Source: a virus
Taxonomy: Duplodnaviria; Caudoviricetes
DNA: 64,000 bases
Direction: 5' to 3' (one strand)
Virus record (IMG/VR): IMGVR_UViG_3300020399_000132
Coordinates: 64,001-128,000 of that record
Numbering within the stretch: the stretch's first letter is position 1; every line of letters starts with the position of its first letter. Under the pieces are notes generated by a model. It was given only the letters and a program-made list of their open reading frames with translations. It searched no databases and was not told where the DNA came from. Position numbers and translations under genes: made by a program. Shown in pieces: positions 19,480 to 29,071 of this stretch.

Positions 19480-21984
19480 TTAAGCAACCATTTCCGCAAA
19501 TCTTTGAAGCATTATCCTTTTTTCTAATTTTCCTTTTTGAAATTTTTTGAATGCCTTGGTCAAAGAAGCGGTTGAATTAACTTTATTAGTATCAATATTT
19601 ATTTCATCCTCCATCATAACGGAGGCATATTGTTTGATTACATAAAGTTCATCATATCCACGATTTTCTACAATCATGTAACCGTTTCGATTGTAATCCG
19701 TTTTTACATCTTGCCATTCGCTCCATCCAACCATGCGAGTTGCATCATCAGAGGAAGTTGTAAGAAAAAATCCTAAAACATTTGAACCGGTCTTATATTT
19801 AAAATAATTTATAAAATTTTCTGTTTGGCGAAATCCATGACAGGCGGTCCAATCAAAAACTTTTTTTGTTTCTTTATCAACCAACCTGATGTGAGAATTT
19901 CGAGTATCGATTCGTTCTGGAAAAAGTTCATCTCCGCTGTCTTCTCTTGTCACGAAAGTTTTATGAGATGAATTAGATTCTCCGTCTGTAAGAATAATTG
20001 TGTTAACAATATCAAGATTATTTTCTCTTTGAAATCTTTTAACATTTTCTGAACTTATCATGATTGCATCATTCAAAGGAGTTCCGCAAAGACGATGTAG
20101 CGGAAACTTTATATGTCGACCTATTGAATTCCATTCCCAAGATGATTGACATTTATTTTCATAACCCCAAGTATCATAGATTATAGAAGGGATTGTATCT
20201 TTCGGAAGTTTGGTATTTCGACCAGTCCATGCATTTCTATTTCTTATTTTATCTCTTCTTTCTTCTAACCAATACGCACCAACAAAATCTCTATCGCATC
20301 GAAGTATAGATAAAAGAAGATTTTCACGTTGTGACTTAAATTCCTTACTGGTCATTTTATTAGAAAATATTTCAATTAATTGAGTAGATTTATCTCCCAT
20401 TGCCATATCGCCTAATCGTTCTTTATAAGGAGTCCCAAATTTTTCTTTTTCTTTTCCTTCTTCATCAAAACTATAATCAACAAAAGCATATGCCTCATGA
20501 GCGATGTTACATTTTCGACAAAAATCTATTAATTGAAATAATTGATTCAAAGTTGGAAGCATTTTATCACTCATAGATCCTGACCAATCCATTAAAAAAT
20601 AAAGTCCGTGACTCTTACCTTCAGGAACAATCGTAATTTTCTTAAAAATATTATCACAATATTTGTACTTATGAATGTCTGAAAGAGATATGGTACCTGT
20701 GTTTGCGGTCATCGATCTTTTATATTCAGCTGCTTTCTTTTTCATTTCAAATTCTTTAACAAGATAATTAACAACTGGTTTATTTTCTTTGTCGATATAT
20801 TTCAAATATTCGCGTGCATATCCAAATGCTAATGAATATTCTCTTTCCCACTCACTCTCTCCCTTATTTGCCCCTATCAAATAATCCCTGCGTTCATCTA
20901 TTGCTTCCTGAGTTCTTTTTAAAAGTTCTTTATAATTAATAATTAAATTTTCACTTTTCAAATCAATTGTTGGTGAATTATAATATTGCAAATCTAGCGC
21001 ATCTTCATGAACTAGTTCTTCCTCATGTTCACGAAAATTCTGATCAGTTAAGGATTTCGGTTCTTGTTTCCATCTCCATGGATCATCTTCATACCACTTA
21101 TCATATCCTCCTGTTTTTCCGGAACCCAACTGTCCATCTTCTTCCTCTTTTCCTCCATCTTCTTCAGACGCAGATGATTCTTGATTTCCATCACCTTCTT
21201 CTTCTTGATCTCCATCAGTTCCTTCATTATCGCATTTATCTACCGGCTTATCACAATCATCTTTTTCTGTTTCCTCTGCTGCCGATGATTGTTCTTCTGT
21301 TTCATTAAAATCATAATCATAATCATTTTCCTCATCACTATCTTCATCTTCATCTTCATCTTCTTGATAATATTGATCCATAAAAGAATCATCCTGACAA
21401 GTCTGTTGTTCTTGTTCGTTTTCTTCAGCATAATTCCAAAGTTCCTTAGTCAGTTGTTCAACATCTTCCCAAGTCTCAAGTGCGGCCATCTTATCAACAA
21501 ATGGTTTCTCTGCTTCGGTGAATTGAACATTCTCCAAAGGACCACCTTTAAAATGAATATTGAGTTTATCAATTAGTGAGGCAGAATTGATATCTATATT
21601 ATATTGCTTGAGGCCGAAAAAATCTCTATCATGTACTAAGACTTTATATCCCTTGCTCATCGCTTTTCCAGCACCTGCGAACTTTCTTTTGATTAATTTT
21701 TCGATCCTGGCATCTTCTACAACGTTCAAAAAGCCCTTATAATTCGGTCCTTTTTCTTCAATAACCTTGTGCCAGCCATTAGCTGGAGTATTTAAAGCGT
21801 GTCCGACTTCGTGACAAACAAACAAGTCATAAACCTCACCTTCCATCTCTTTGAGAATCGGTAAAATTAATGTTCTGCCTTTCGGATCGAATCCGGCGGT
21901 TGGAACTTTAGCGTGGCGCACAGTAATATTTTCTGACGCCATGAGTTTTGCTAAAATTCCTTTTTGTTCTATTAATTCAGCCAT
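19480..21984 (-). CDS. CobT-like metallopeptidase/VWA partner of the AAA ATPase
   Basis: HEVGHAL, NVVEDARIE, acidic linker, MIDAS DWSGSM, GTPL, ILTDGE. Confidence 0.88.
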   Translation of the reverse strand: MAELIEQKGILAKLMASENITVRHAKVPTAGFDPKGRTLILPILKEMEGEVYDLFVCHEVGHALNTPANGWHKVIEEKGPNYKGFLNVVEDARIEKLIKRKFAGAGKAMSKGYKVLVHDRDFFGLKQYNIDINSASLIDKLNIHFKGGPLENVQFTEAEKPFVDKMAALETWEDVEQLTKELWNYAEENEQEQQTCQDDSFMDQYYQEDEDEDEDSDEENDYDYDFNETEEQSSAAEETEKDDCDKPVDKCDNEGTDGDQEEEGDGNQESSASEEDGGKEEEDGQLGSGKTGGYDKWYEDDPWRWKQEPKSLTDQNFREHEEELVHEDALDLQYYNSPTIDLKSENLIINYKELLKRTQEAIDERRDYLIGANKGESEWEREYSLAFGYAREYLKYIDKENKPVVNYLVKEFEMKKKAAEYKRSMTANTGTISLSDIHKYKYCDNIFKKITIVPEGKSHGLYFLMDWSGSMSDKMLPTLNQLFQLIDFCRKCNIAHEAYAFVDYSFDEEGKEKEKFGTPYKERLGDMAMGDKSTQLIEIFSNKMTSKEFKSQRENLLLSILRCDRDFVGAYWLEERRDKIRNRNAWTGRNTKLPKDTIPSIIYDTWGYENKCQSSWEWNSIGRHIKFPLHRLCGTPLNDAIMISSENVKRFQRENNLDIVNTIILTDGESNSSHKTFVTREDSGDELFPERIDTRNSHIRLVDKETKKVFDWTACHGFRQTENFINYFKYKTGSNVLGFFLTTSSDDATRMVGWSEWQDVKTDYNRNGYMIVENRGYDELYVIKQYASVMMEDEINIDTNKVNSTASLTKAFKKFQKGKLEKRIMLQRFAEMVA

Positions 21985-21991
21985 GTTCCTC

Positions 21992-22237
21992 TTATACGAT
22001 GTTAAATCTAGGATCTTCAGTTATATGATCTCCCTCTGCAAGGCATGATTTGACCTGATACTTATCTCTAAAGATTTCCATCTTGTTAAAAGCATCGTCA
22101 AAGCTTTCTGCCGTCAGATATAAAGGTGATACATATTCCAAGGTATCCCAAGTACGCATCCATACCTGATACGTCTGATTTTTAGTCATGTGCCTTCTTC
22201 TTTGGTTGCTTTTATATTTTTGATCGTATATCGCCAT
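21992..22237 (-). CDS. Hypothetical protein
   Basis: ORF directly downstream of an early promoter. Confidence 0.6.
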   Translation of the reverse strand: MAIYDQKYKSNQRRRHMTKNQTYQVWMRTWDTLEYVSPLYLTAESFDDAFNKMEIFRDKYQVKSCLAEGDHITEDPRFNIV

Positions 22238-22291
22238 TATTTCTCTCTCATTTGGTTATGGGATTATTCCCTTTCTTTATTCTCTATATAT

Positions 22292-22432
22292 ATTATACCA
22301 TTTATAGCGCAACATGTCAACATATTTGATTTCTTGTAATATCAAGAGGTTACTAGTACCTTATTGAAATTATTGATAATCTTTTATCATCAATGATTGC
22401 GACCGGTTACCTATATCTCATTAAAATCATTG
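22292..22432 (-). promoter_or_regulatory. Sigma70-type early promoter plus two copies of the 42-bp dyad
   Basis: TTGACA (22315-22320)-17-TATAAT (22292-22297); dyads 22334-22375 and 22391-22432. Confidence 0.8.
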
Positions 22433-22500
22433 ATAATCTTTTTTGATAAATAGAAGAATTGGAGAGAATATTTAATGAATTTTTTTGGAAAGGAACAACC

Positions 22501-23334
22501 TTGACTAGCTTAATTATACCTACAGATTTTGACAATGCCGTTACCAGTCTTCGTAAATTTTTTCATTCCCGTGGTTTCCTAGAAGTACACACCCAAAACA
22601 GATTATCCATATTAGCCGCTTGCGAAGATCCCACAACTGTCGCAACATATAATTATAATGACATCATATGGCCTTTGCCTCAAACAGGTCAAATGTGGTT
22701 AGAATACGAGCTATTAAATAATCCAGATTTAAAAGGAGTATTCTGTGTTTCAACATCTTATAGACAAGAACAGAACCCCGTTGAAGGTAGACATGAAGTT
22801 ATATTTCCCATGTTTGAATTTGAAGCACCTGGCGACTTTCAGGACTTGCTTAATATGGAAAGAGATTTAATTAAGCACTTAGGTTTCATAATTCCTGATA
22901 ACAATTCATTTCCTGAAAAAACCTACGGTATGTGGTGCGAGGATTTTGATTGTGATGAATTAGATCATGACCACGAACAAATGATATCTGATTCCCATCC
23001 ATCCGGAGTTGGATTTATAACTCAATTTCCTTATCATACTTCCCCCTTTTGGAATATGAAAAAAGAAGGTGATCTTGCTAACAAATGCGATGTAATTATG
23101 GGGGGCATGGAAACTATTGGTTCCGCTGAAAGGTCTGCTGATCCGAAAGAGATGGAAGACCAGTTTCATACAATTTCCGATGGAGAATATGCTGAATTAT
23201 TATTTAAATTATTCGGTAAAGAACGAGTAGAAAAAGAATTGAAAGAATTCTTAAGTCATAAATTTTTTCCAAGATATGGTGGTGGAATAGGTCTTACCAG
23301 ACTTATAAGTGCCCTGAAGATTAATAATGCGTGA
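22501..23334 (+). CDS. Class IIb aminoacyl-tRNA synthetase catalytic-domain-only protein (AsnRS/AspRS-like or archaeal-type asparagine synthetase-like)
   Basis: Motif 1 LRKFFHSRGFLEV, motif 2 SYRQE...GRH...FPMFEFE, ETIGSAER, motif 3 GGGIGLTRL; no N-terminal OB-fold anticodon domain; likely TTG start at 22501 after AAAGGA. Confidence 0.85.
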   Translation: MTSLIIPTDFDNAVTSLRKFFHSRGFLEVHTQNRLSILAACEDPTTVATYNYNDIIWPLPQTGQMWLEYELLNNPDLKGVFCVSTSYRQEQNPVEGRHEVIFPMFEFEAPGDFQDLLNMERDLIKHLGFIIPDNNSFPEKTYGMWCEDFDCDELDHDHEQMISDSHPSGVGFITQFPYHTSPFWNMKKEGDLANKCDVIMGGMETIGSAERSADPKEMEDQFHTISDGEYAELLFKLFGKERVEKELKEFLSHKFFPRYGGGIGLTRLISALKINNA

Positions 23335-23337
23335 TAC

Positions 23338-23448
23338 TCTGGGGTGGCGAAATAGGGAAACGCGGCACGTTGTTTGCGTGTTATCTTTGGTTTGATCGAT
23401 ATAATCTAGATCAAAGATGTGTTGGTTCGAGTCCAACCCCCAGAGCCA
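23338..23448 (+). tRNA. Non-canonical tRNA with GTT (Asn) anticodon and 39-nt variable arm
   Basis: Acceptor TCTGGGG/CCCCAGA, G73, encoded CCA; D-arm GCG-AAATAGGGAAA-CGC; anticodon arm GCACG-TTGTTTG-CGTGT; T-arm GTTGG-TTCGAGT-CCAAC. Confidence 0.85.
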
Positions 23449-23473
23449 TTAGTAAAGATATATTTATATCATT

Positions 23474-23968
23474 TTAAAACTTAGATATAAATTTCGCTAT
23501 GGGTTGAATAAGTGGAAGTAAAGCAACCGCCATTAGTGCATTCACTCCTGTATGAATTATTGCAATCTGTTTAGTTATTCCTGTGGGCATCCCATCAGAA
23601 ACCATTATTCCAGCCAACCAAATAGTTCCAGTAGTTCCTATATTTGCACCAAGTACAGCTGCGATTGCAGATGGTAAAGGTAAGGCGCCAGATGCAACTA
23701 ATCCTATAATTGCGGTAGTAGAAAGTGAACTAGATTGCCAGAGAAGAGTACATCCAATTGCTCCGAAAAACATATAATAGGGATTTCCTAAAAACCATTC
23801 AAGATGTTCTAAATGACTCATTGATTTCATTCCTCCCGAAAACATCTTAAGACCAATGTAAAAAATTACCAAACCTAAAAGGGTCTGAAATACTGGGTTA
23901 TTAAATTCCATAAAATTTCCTTTTTTATATTTCCACGAATCGTAGAGTTTTCTATCTTTCTTTTTCAT
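23474..23968 (-). CDS. Na+/phosphate cotransporter family protein (single repeat)
   Basis: GLKMFSGGM, WQSSSLST, LGANIGTT motifs; hydrophobic. Confidence 0.85.
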   Translation of the reverse strand: MKKKDRKLYDSWKYKKGNFMEFNNPVFQTLLGLVIFYIGLKMFSGGMKSMSHLEHLEWFLGNPYYMFFGAIGCTLLWQSSSLSTTAIIGLVASGALPLPSAIAAVLGANIGTTGTIWLAGIMVSDGMPTGITKQIAIIHTGVNALMAVALLPLIQPIAKFISKF

Positions 23969-23969
23969 T

Positions 23970-24872
23970 TCATCCTAATGCTTCTTTTAATTCATTATTT
24001 TCTAAAATGTAATTAAATAAAACTTCTCGTTGTGCGTCTTCCCCTAAATGCCCTTTATATTTTTTATACTCATGAAACACTAATCTTCCTGCATCTAAAG
24101 AAGACACATTAAGAGTTGTTGTCCAATGTTTTGCTAACCAATCGTATATTGTTTTAGGCCAGTCAACTTTATCTCTAAGATTTTTTCCTGTTAAAAATTC
24201 AGACATAAAAAGAGGAACTTTATCTTTTATCTCTACTACAGACTGAACACTATTACTAGGCCCATGACTATAAGTAGGAACCCACAACATAGAATAAAAA
24301 TGTTTAAATAATTTTTTATATAATTCATTACAATTATAAAAAGTCTCTGCCATTTCATTAAAATATTCATTATCGATGAATATATCTAATAAGACTTGAG
24401 GTAATTCATATGAATTAAGTTCTATAGGGTAGTGTTTTATATGGTTCCTAGCATCCCAATGTCCGCCTACCATAACGCATTTGCGTTCAACTACATAATT
24501 CTTTATGGAAAGAGATTTTATTTTTTGTTGATGTAAAATAAAATTACCTCTTCGCTGAGTATTGTACCAGGAATCAAGTGTCCCATCAGACTTTTTTGAA
24601 ACTCTATCCACTTGTGTTGGATATAATTGTCGCTGCGTTGTAAATTGGAGAAGCACTACATCAAAGTTTTCAATAAGACAAGTTCTTAAAGCTGACTCCA
24701 TATTATTTTGACCTCCTCCCGGAGAAGCAAATAAATGAACATCATGTTGAGGATAAGCTTTGGCCAATTCTCTCGGCCAACCCTTCCAAGCATTAAATCC
24801 TCCAGACTTCCTTAAAAGTCCACTTTCAGAAACACCAGCACTATGACTACAACCAATTATTCCAATTTTCAT
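23970..24872 (-). CDS. Hypothetical protein (SGNH-like GCS motif)
   Basis: IGIIGCSHSAG N-terminus; C-terminal GH. Confidence 0.55.
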   Translation of the reverse strand: MKIGIIGCSHSAGVSESGLLRKSGGFNAWKGWPRELAKAYPQHDVHLFASPGGGQNNMESALRTCLIENFDVVLLQFTTQRQLYPTQVDRVSKKSDGTLDSWYNTQRRGNFILHQQKIKSLSIKNYVVERKCVMVGGHWDARNHIKHYPIELNSYELPQVLLDIFIDNEYFNEMAETFYNCNELYKKLFKHFYSMLWVPTYSHGPSNSVQSVVEIKDKVPLFMSEFLTGKNLRDKVDWPKTIYDWLAKHWTTTLNVSSLDAGRLVFHEYKKYKGHLGEDAQREVLFNYILENNELKEALG

Positions 24873-25326
24873 AATCTTCTAAATGACAATAACTAAAACT
24901 ATAAAATACTTTTTTATAATGTTCCAAGGTCTTTAAATATTTTTCATATTCTATTTTCCAAAATTGATTATCAATATAAAATTGTAAAAAAGGTGTCCAA
25001 TGACAATTTTTAAAAACAGTTCCTTTTCCATATTTTTTTTTCCTTTTCTCATTAAGATTATCTGTAGAACATGTTGTTTCTGTTTTATATCCTTCTGCTG
25101 AATCATTTGGAAATATTTTTGTTCGATCAAAACCAGCACTCTTTTGATAATCTTCATATATTAAAAAAAGATATATATCGGGCCCCTCTTCATTAAAAAC
25201 TTTTCGGATTAAATGTTCTTGATAATCAAATCCATAACTTTTATCATCAAAGATTTTTAAGTTTTCTATTGAGAGATCAGATAACTTATTCTTCGGTGCT
25301 ATCATTACATGCGGTAAATCAATCAT
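24847..25326 (-). CDS. Hypothetical protein
   Basis: ORF in operon. Confidence 0.6.
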   Translation of the reverse strand: MIDLPHVMIAPKNKLSDLSIENLKIFDDKSYGFDYQEHLIRKVFNEEGPDIYLFLIYEDYQKSAGFDRTKIFPNDSAEGYKTETTCSTDNLNEKRKKKYGKGTVFKNCHWTPFLQFYIDNQFWKIEYEKYLKTLEHYKKVFYSFSYCHLEDYENWNNWL

Positions 25327-25388
25327 ATATAAATGGATCTAAATCTTCTTTTTCTTTAACAAATTTATATTTAATTCTCAAATAGTGT

Positions 25389-26816
25389 TTAAGAATATAC
25401 GTTGACACCCGTTTTCTTAGTGAAGGCTTTGGCATCTTCTTTAGTGTTGACAATTGGTTCTCCTTTAATATTTAAAGACGTATTTAATAACACTGGACAT
25501 TTTGTAATATCTTTCCAAATTTGTAATAACGTTTTATGAGGTTCATGCTTAACTACTTGTAATCTGGAAGTCCCATCTAAATGAACAACTCCTGGATACT
25601 TAATTTTAAATTCTTCTGTTGCTTGAAGAGCACAACTCATATACGGCGAAAAAAATCCTCCATTAAAATATTTTGAAACATCTTCTTCTAATATCATTGG
25701 TGCAAAAGGTCTAAAAGGTTCTCTACCTTTTATTTCATTAATTTTATCTTTAATTTTAGGATCTCTTGGATCCCCAAATAAAGTTCTATTACCTAAAGCT
25801 CTCGGCCCAAATTCACATCTACCATTAGCAACTCCAACCACTCTTTTAACCATTAATTCATCTATTATTTCTTGGAACGGAAACGGTCCTTGAATATCAT
25901 AACCAAGATAAGGAGAAGGATCAATGTGGTTTCTTGTTCTTGCAAGAATGCATCCCACAGCAGAACCAGAGTCACCTGGATTAGATGGAATATGGATACG
26001 AGAAAAATAATCTGATAAAAATCTATTGGCACTAACATTTAAAGCACATCCTCCCACAAAAACTATATTACCTGTTTCATTTAATTTATGAATACTAACT
26101 CTTTTTATTATGTCTCTAAAAATGTCTTCATATACCGCTTGAGCAGCAGTAGGAACATCTTCGGGATAAACTTCTGGTCTTTTTGTCCATTCTTTTATTT
26201 TAAGTAAACCTTTATGCCAGGACGTTCCATTATTCCAGAGTTCAAATATTCTTTTATAAACTGGTTCATATGGATATGTCTGTCGGGCTGCAGCTCCCAT
26301 CATAATATATTCTTCTTCATTAGGTTTCCATCCAGCATATTGAGTTAATGCTGAATACATTAAACCTAAAGATTTAGGATATTTCCAATTCCATAACTTC
26401 TTTAACTTTTTACCTTTGGCTTTCCATACAGTTAATGTCTCCCACTCTCCAATCGCATCAATAACCAAAACCATAGTATTATCAAAAGGAGAAGTATAAT
26501 ATCCATATGCTGCATGTGATAAATGATGTGAAGTATATTTCAGTTTATGATTATAAGGAAACTCGGGTGGTTTATAAAATGGTTTTTGTCCGGCATACCA
26601 ACGTCGCGACATTTTTACAAATGGATTTTCATAAAAATAAACTTTGGCTGGTTGCCCGTATTCTTCTAAAACATAATTGAAAAGATTTTCAGGGATTGCC
26701 GGATCGTTCTTTTTTCTAGAAAATCTTTCTGCATCGGTTGCAAATAATAGTTCGCTATTTTCAAATACTGCTATAGCGCCATCATGTGAGCCACAAGTTA
26801 ATCCCCAATAGATCAT
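25389..26816 (-). CDS. Carbamoyltransferase (NodU/CmcH family)
   Basis: SHDGA, ERFSRKKND, HHLSHAA, DAIGE, GGCALN, EFGPRALGNR, RPFAP, LLNTSLN. Confidence 0.93.
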   Translation of the reverse strand: MIYWGLTCGSHDGAIAVFENSELLFATDAERFSRKKNDPAIPENLFNYVLEEYGQPAKVYFYENPFVKMSRRWYAGQKPFYKPPEFPYNHKLKYTSHHLSHAAYGYYTSPFDNTMVLVIDAIGEWETLTVWKAKGKKLKKLWNWKYPKSLGLMYSALTQYAGWKPNEEEYIMMGAAARQTYPYEPVYKRIFELWNNGTSWHKGLLKIKEWTKRPEVYPEDVPTAAQAVYEDIFRDIIKRVSIHKLNETGNIVFVGGCALNVSANRFLSDYFSRIHIPSNPGDSGSAVGCILARTRNHIDPSPYLGYDIQGPFPFQEIIDELMVKRVVGVANGRCEFGPRALGNRTLFGDPRDPKIKDKINEIKGREPFRPFAPMILEEDVSKYFNGGFFSPYMSCALQATEEFKIKYPGVVHLDGTSRLQVVKHEPHKTLLQIWKDITKCPVLLNTSLNIKGEPIVNTKEDAKAFTKKTGVNVYS

Positions 26817-27490
26817 ATTAAATTCTTTTCAAAAATTATATCTTCAACACTCTCATTATTAAACTTCCTCTTTATATATATTGATAATATTTCATGATTA
26901 GATTCGCAAAAATGATTTGATCTCTGGTCTCTAAATTCGGGATCATAATCACTATTAATTTCCCCTCTGGAAACATCCATCAATATTATATCGGCTATTT
27001 CGAATTTATCAATTGATTGTATTTCAAGAACATTATAATTATTACGATTACGTGATGTGGAAAAATATAATACTTTTTCATATTGATCAGACAAAGCTTT
27101 CAGAACACATCTTGCTTTTGTTGCCTTATGATAATCTTTATAGTTCTTATGAAAGTGTTTAACAAATTGCTTATGTTTATGAACATATTCCATACCAGGT
27201 TCAGAAAGCCATTTATCATTTTCCCAATCATGTTCCCACATTACAGCAGCATCGTGTCTTGGGGTTTTTAAAAATTCAAAATGAAATCGGCGAGGTATGG
27301 ATTCTATAAAAATTATTTTACCAGATCTTTCCTTATGACCATTAATAAAATTATCTAAAGACCAATCTATACTTGATCCAGCTAATCCGTAAATAAAAGT
27401 TGGTTCTTCGAGATTATTATACCATCTTTTACTTTGCTCTAGGTGACCACTACAAGGATCACAATATGAATCACCGAATACGTATATCAT
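26813..27490 (-). CDS. Hypothetical protein (SGNH-like GDSY)
   Basis: YVFGDSY...RSNHF; paralog of 57240..58034. Confidence 0.6.
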   Translation of the reverse strand: MIYVFGDSYCDPCSGHLEQSKRWYNNLEEPTFIYGLAGSSIDWSLDNFINGHKERSGKIIFIESIPRRFHFEFLKTPRHDAAVMWEHDWENDKWLSEPGMEYVHKHKQFVKHFHKNYKDYHKATKARCVLKALSDQYEKVLYFSTSRNRNNYNVLEIQSIDKFEIADIILMDVSRGEINSDYDPEFRDQRSNHFCESNHEILSIYIKRKFNNESVEDIIFEKNLI

Positions 27491-28199
27491 GAACTTTAAA
27501 GTGAGAACTATCTTGTTCGTGGTTTCCGGTATTCATATCATATGATAAATCAATACCTGTAAATAAACTCATACCATCAACAAATGGTTTATTTCTAACA
27601 TGGAGCCTATAAGACCAATCAGTTCTGGTCCATCTATACATATCCCAATCTTCTCTTTGAGATGTATCGAGATTAAAGATCCATTTCTTATCATTAATAT
27701 GTATTATATGTAATCTAAATTTGCGCAACGGTACAGATTTATTATATACCTTATGTTGCCAATTACCTATTTCTGTGGAAACTGCTGAATAGAATAATTC
27801 AGATAGTGGTTTATATATTTTCTCAAATCTTATAGTAGGTATTTCATCTGGATGATATTGGGTTACTACATTATCTTCTTCAACATAAATCGTTGATTTA
27901 TCGTACTCGCAAACATCTATGCACCAACCTTTTCCTTTAAAAGGGTCGCTTCTTATCCATCTTTCTTCATTTCGCCATATTACATCGAAAGGTTTAAAAA
28001 AATATGCTTGGTCGGGTATACCTAGTTTATTTCTAGGTGGATGTTCTTCATCAAAAACATTATCACTTCTAAGGTCGGGTATGTTCCAAGAAAAATCAAA
28101 TAATAATTTTCTGGGTTTATCTTTCCAATAATTATAAGCCGCTTCAGTCAATTCCCAGGTTGATACTGTGCCGCCTGGACCATTAAGAAAAATTTCCAT
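27471..28199 (-). CDS. Hypothetical protein
   Basis: ORF in operon. Confidence 0.65.
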   Translation of the reverse strand: MEIFLNGPGGTVSTWELTEAAYNYWKDKPRKLLFDFSWNIPDLRSDNVFDEEHPPRNKLGIPDQAYFFKPFDVIWRNEERWIRSDPFKGKGWCIDVCEYDKSTIYVEEDNVVTQYHPDEIPTIRFEKIYKPLSELFYSAVSTEIGNWQHKVYNKSVPLRKFRLHIIHINDKKWIFNLDTSQREDWDMYRWTRTDWSYRLHVRNKPFVDGMSLFTGIDLSYDMNTGNHEQDSSHFKVHDIRIR

Positions 28200-28200
28200 A

Positions 28201-28458
28201 TTAATTCAAATAATAACTTTCTACATCGTCGTCATGACATTCGGGAGACAACTCTGCCATTTTTTTAATTATAGCATGAAGACTATCTACATCTTCCTCA
28301 CCTTGTGGATAAAATTGAGATGATTTATATCCATTTTCTTGAAAGTATTGTTTCACTTCGCGAAGCTCATGTAATTCGAACACGGTCCTATCCACACACA
28401 ATTTACCATCTACAATAGAAATAAATGCTTCATCCATATCTAGATCATTCATATACAT
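28201..28458 (-). CDS. Hypothetical protein
   Basis: ORF in operon. Confidence 0.6.
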   Translation of the reverse strand: MYMNDLDMDEAFISIVDGKLCVDRTVFELHELREVKQYFQENGYKSSQFYPQGEEDVDSLHAIIKKMAELSPECHDDDVESYYLN

Positions 28459-29071
28459 ATTTAGATCTTTTATCTTTAATAGATCTGTATCTTTGATATT
28501 CTTTATTTAATATAATTTCATCAACTTTATGTCTGTTTAAACCTATTATATTATTTTTAGAAAATTTTCCCGGATTACCATACCATAATCCACCTGGCAC
28601 GACAGTTTGTTTACTCGTTATAATTGTTCCCATTCCAAACATACAATAAGAACCTATGGTTTGGTATTGATGGATAATAGTTCCGAAACCTAATTGACAT
28701 CCTTTCATTATATAAACATGACCGCCTAACACTACGTTATTGGTCATTATAACATCATCTTCTATAACACAATCATGGGCGATATGAGAAAGAACCATAA
28801 GATAACAATTATTTCCTATAATAGTTTTTTCAGACCATCTAGTAGGTAAATGTATTGTTGCATATTCTCTAATAATATTATTATCACCTATAATAACTTC
28901 GCCAACAGAATCTTCTTTTCGATGCTGTGCATTTGTACCAATACAAACTCCCGGACCTATTACATTACCAGAACCTATAGAAACTTTTTCCCAATTTACT
29001 ACTGCTGATTCATGTATCTTATTTCCCTCTCCATCATCATGCCATTGATGTGCATATCCATTTAAACTCAT
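28445..29071 (-). CDS. LpxA-like hexapeptide-repeat acyltransferase
   Basis: IGDNNIIREYATIH, SHIAHDC, LGGHV, IHQY, GNP, NIIGLNR. Confidence 0.85.
   Translation of the reverse strand: MSLNGYAHQWHDDGEGNKIHESAVVNWEKVSIGSGNVIGPGVCIGTNAQHRKEDSVGEVIIGDNNIIREYATIHLPTRWSEKTIIGNNCYLMVLSHIAHDCVIEDDVIMTNNVVLGGHVYIMKGCQLGFGTIIHQYQTIGSYCMFGMGTIITSKQTVVPGGLWYGNPGKFSKNNIIGLNRHKVDEIILNKEYQRYRSIKDKRSKYVYE

Noticed and set aside
18099-21984. Cobalamin biosynthesis role for the CobS/CobT-like pair
   Set aside because: This MoxR AAA/VWA pair is common in T4-like phages, and no cobN or other cob genes are present in the window.
25290-25388. Possible TGA read-through or frameshift upstream of ORF 24847..25326
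   Set aside because: The short TTG frame stops again about 10 codons after its TGA and shows no SECIS-like hairpin; an indel in the TATATAT run cannot be assessed without reads.
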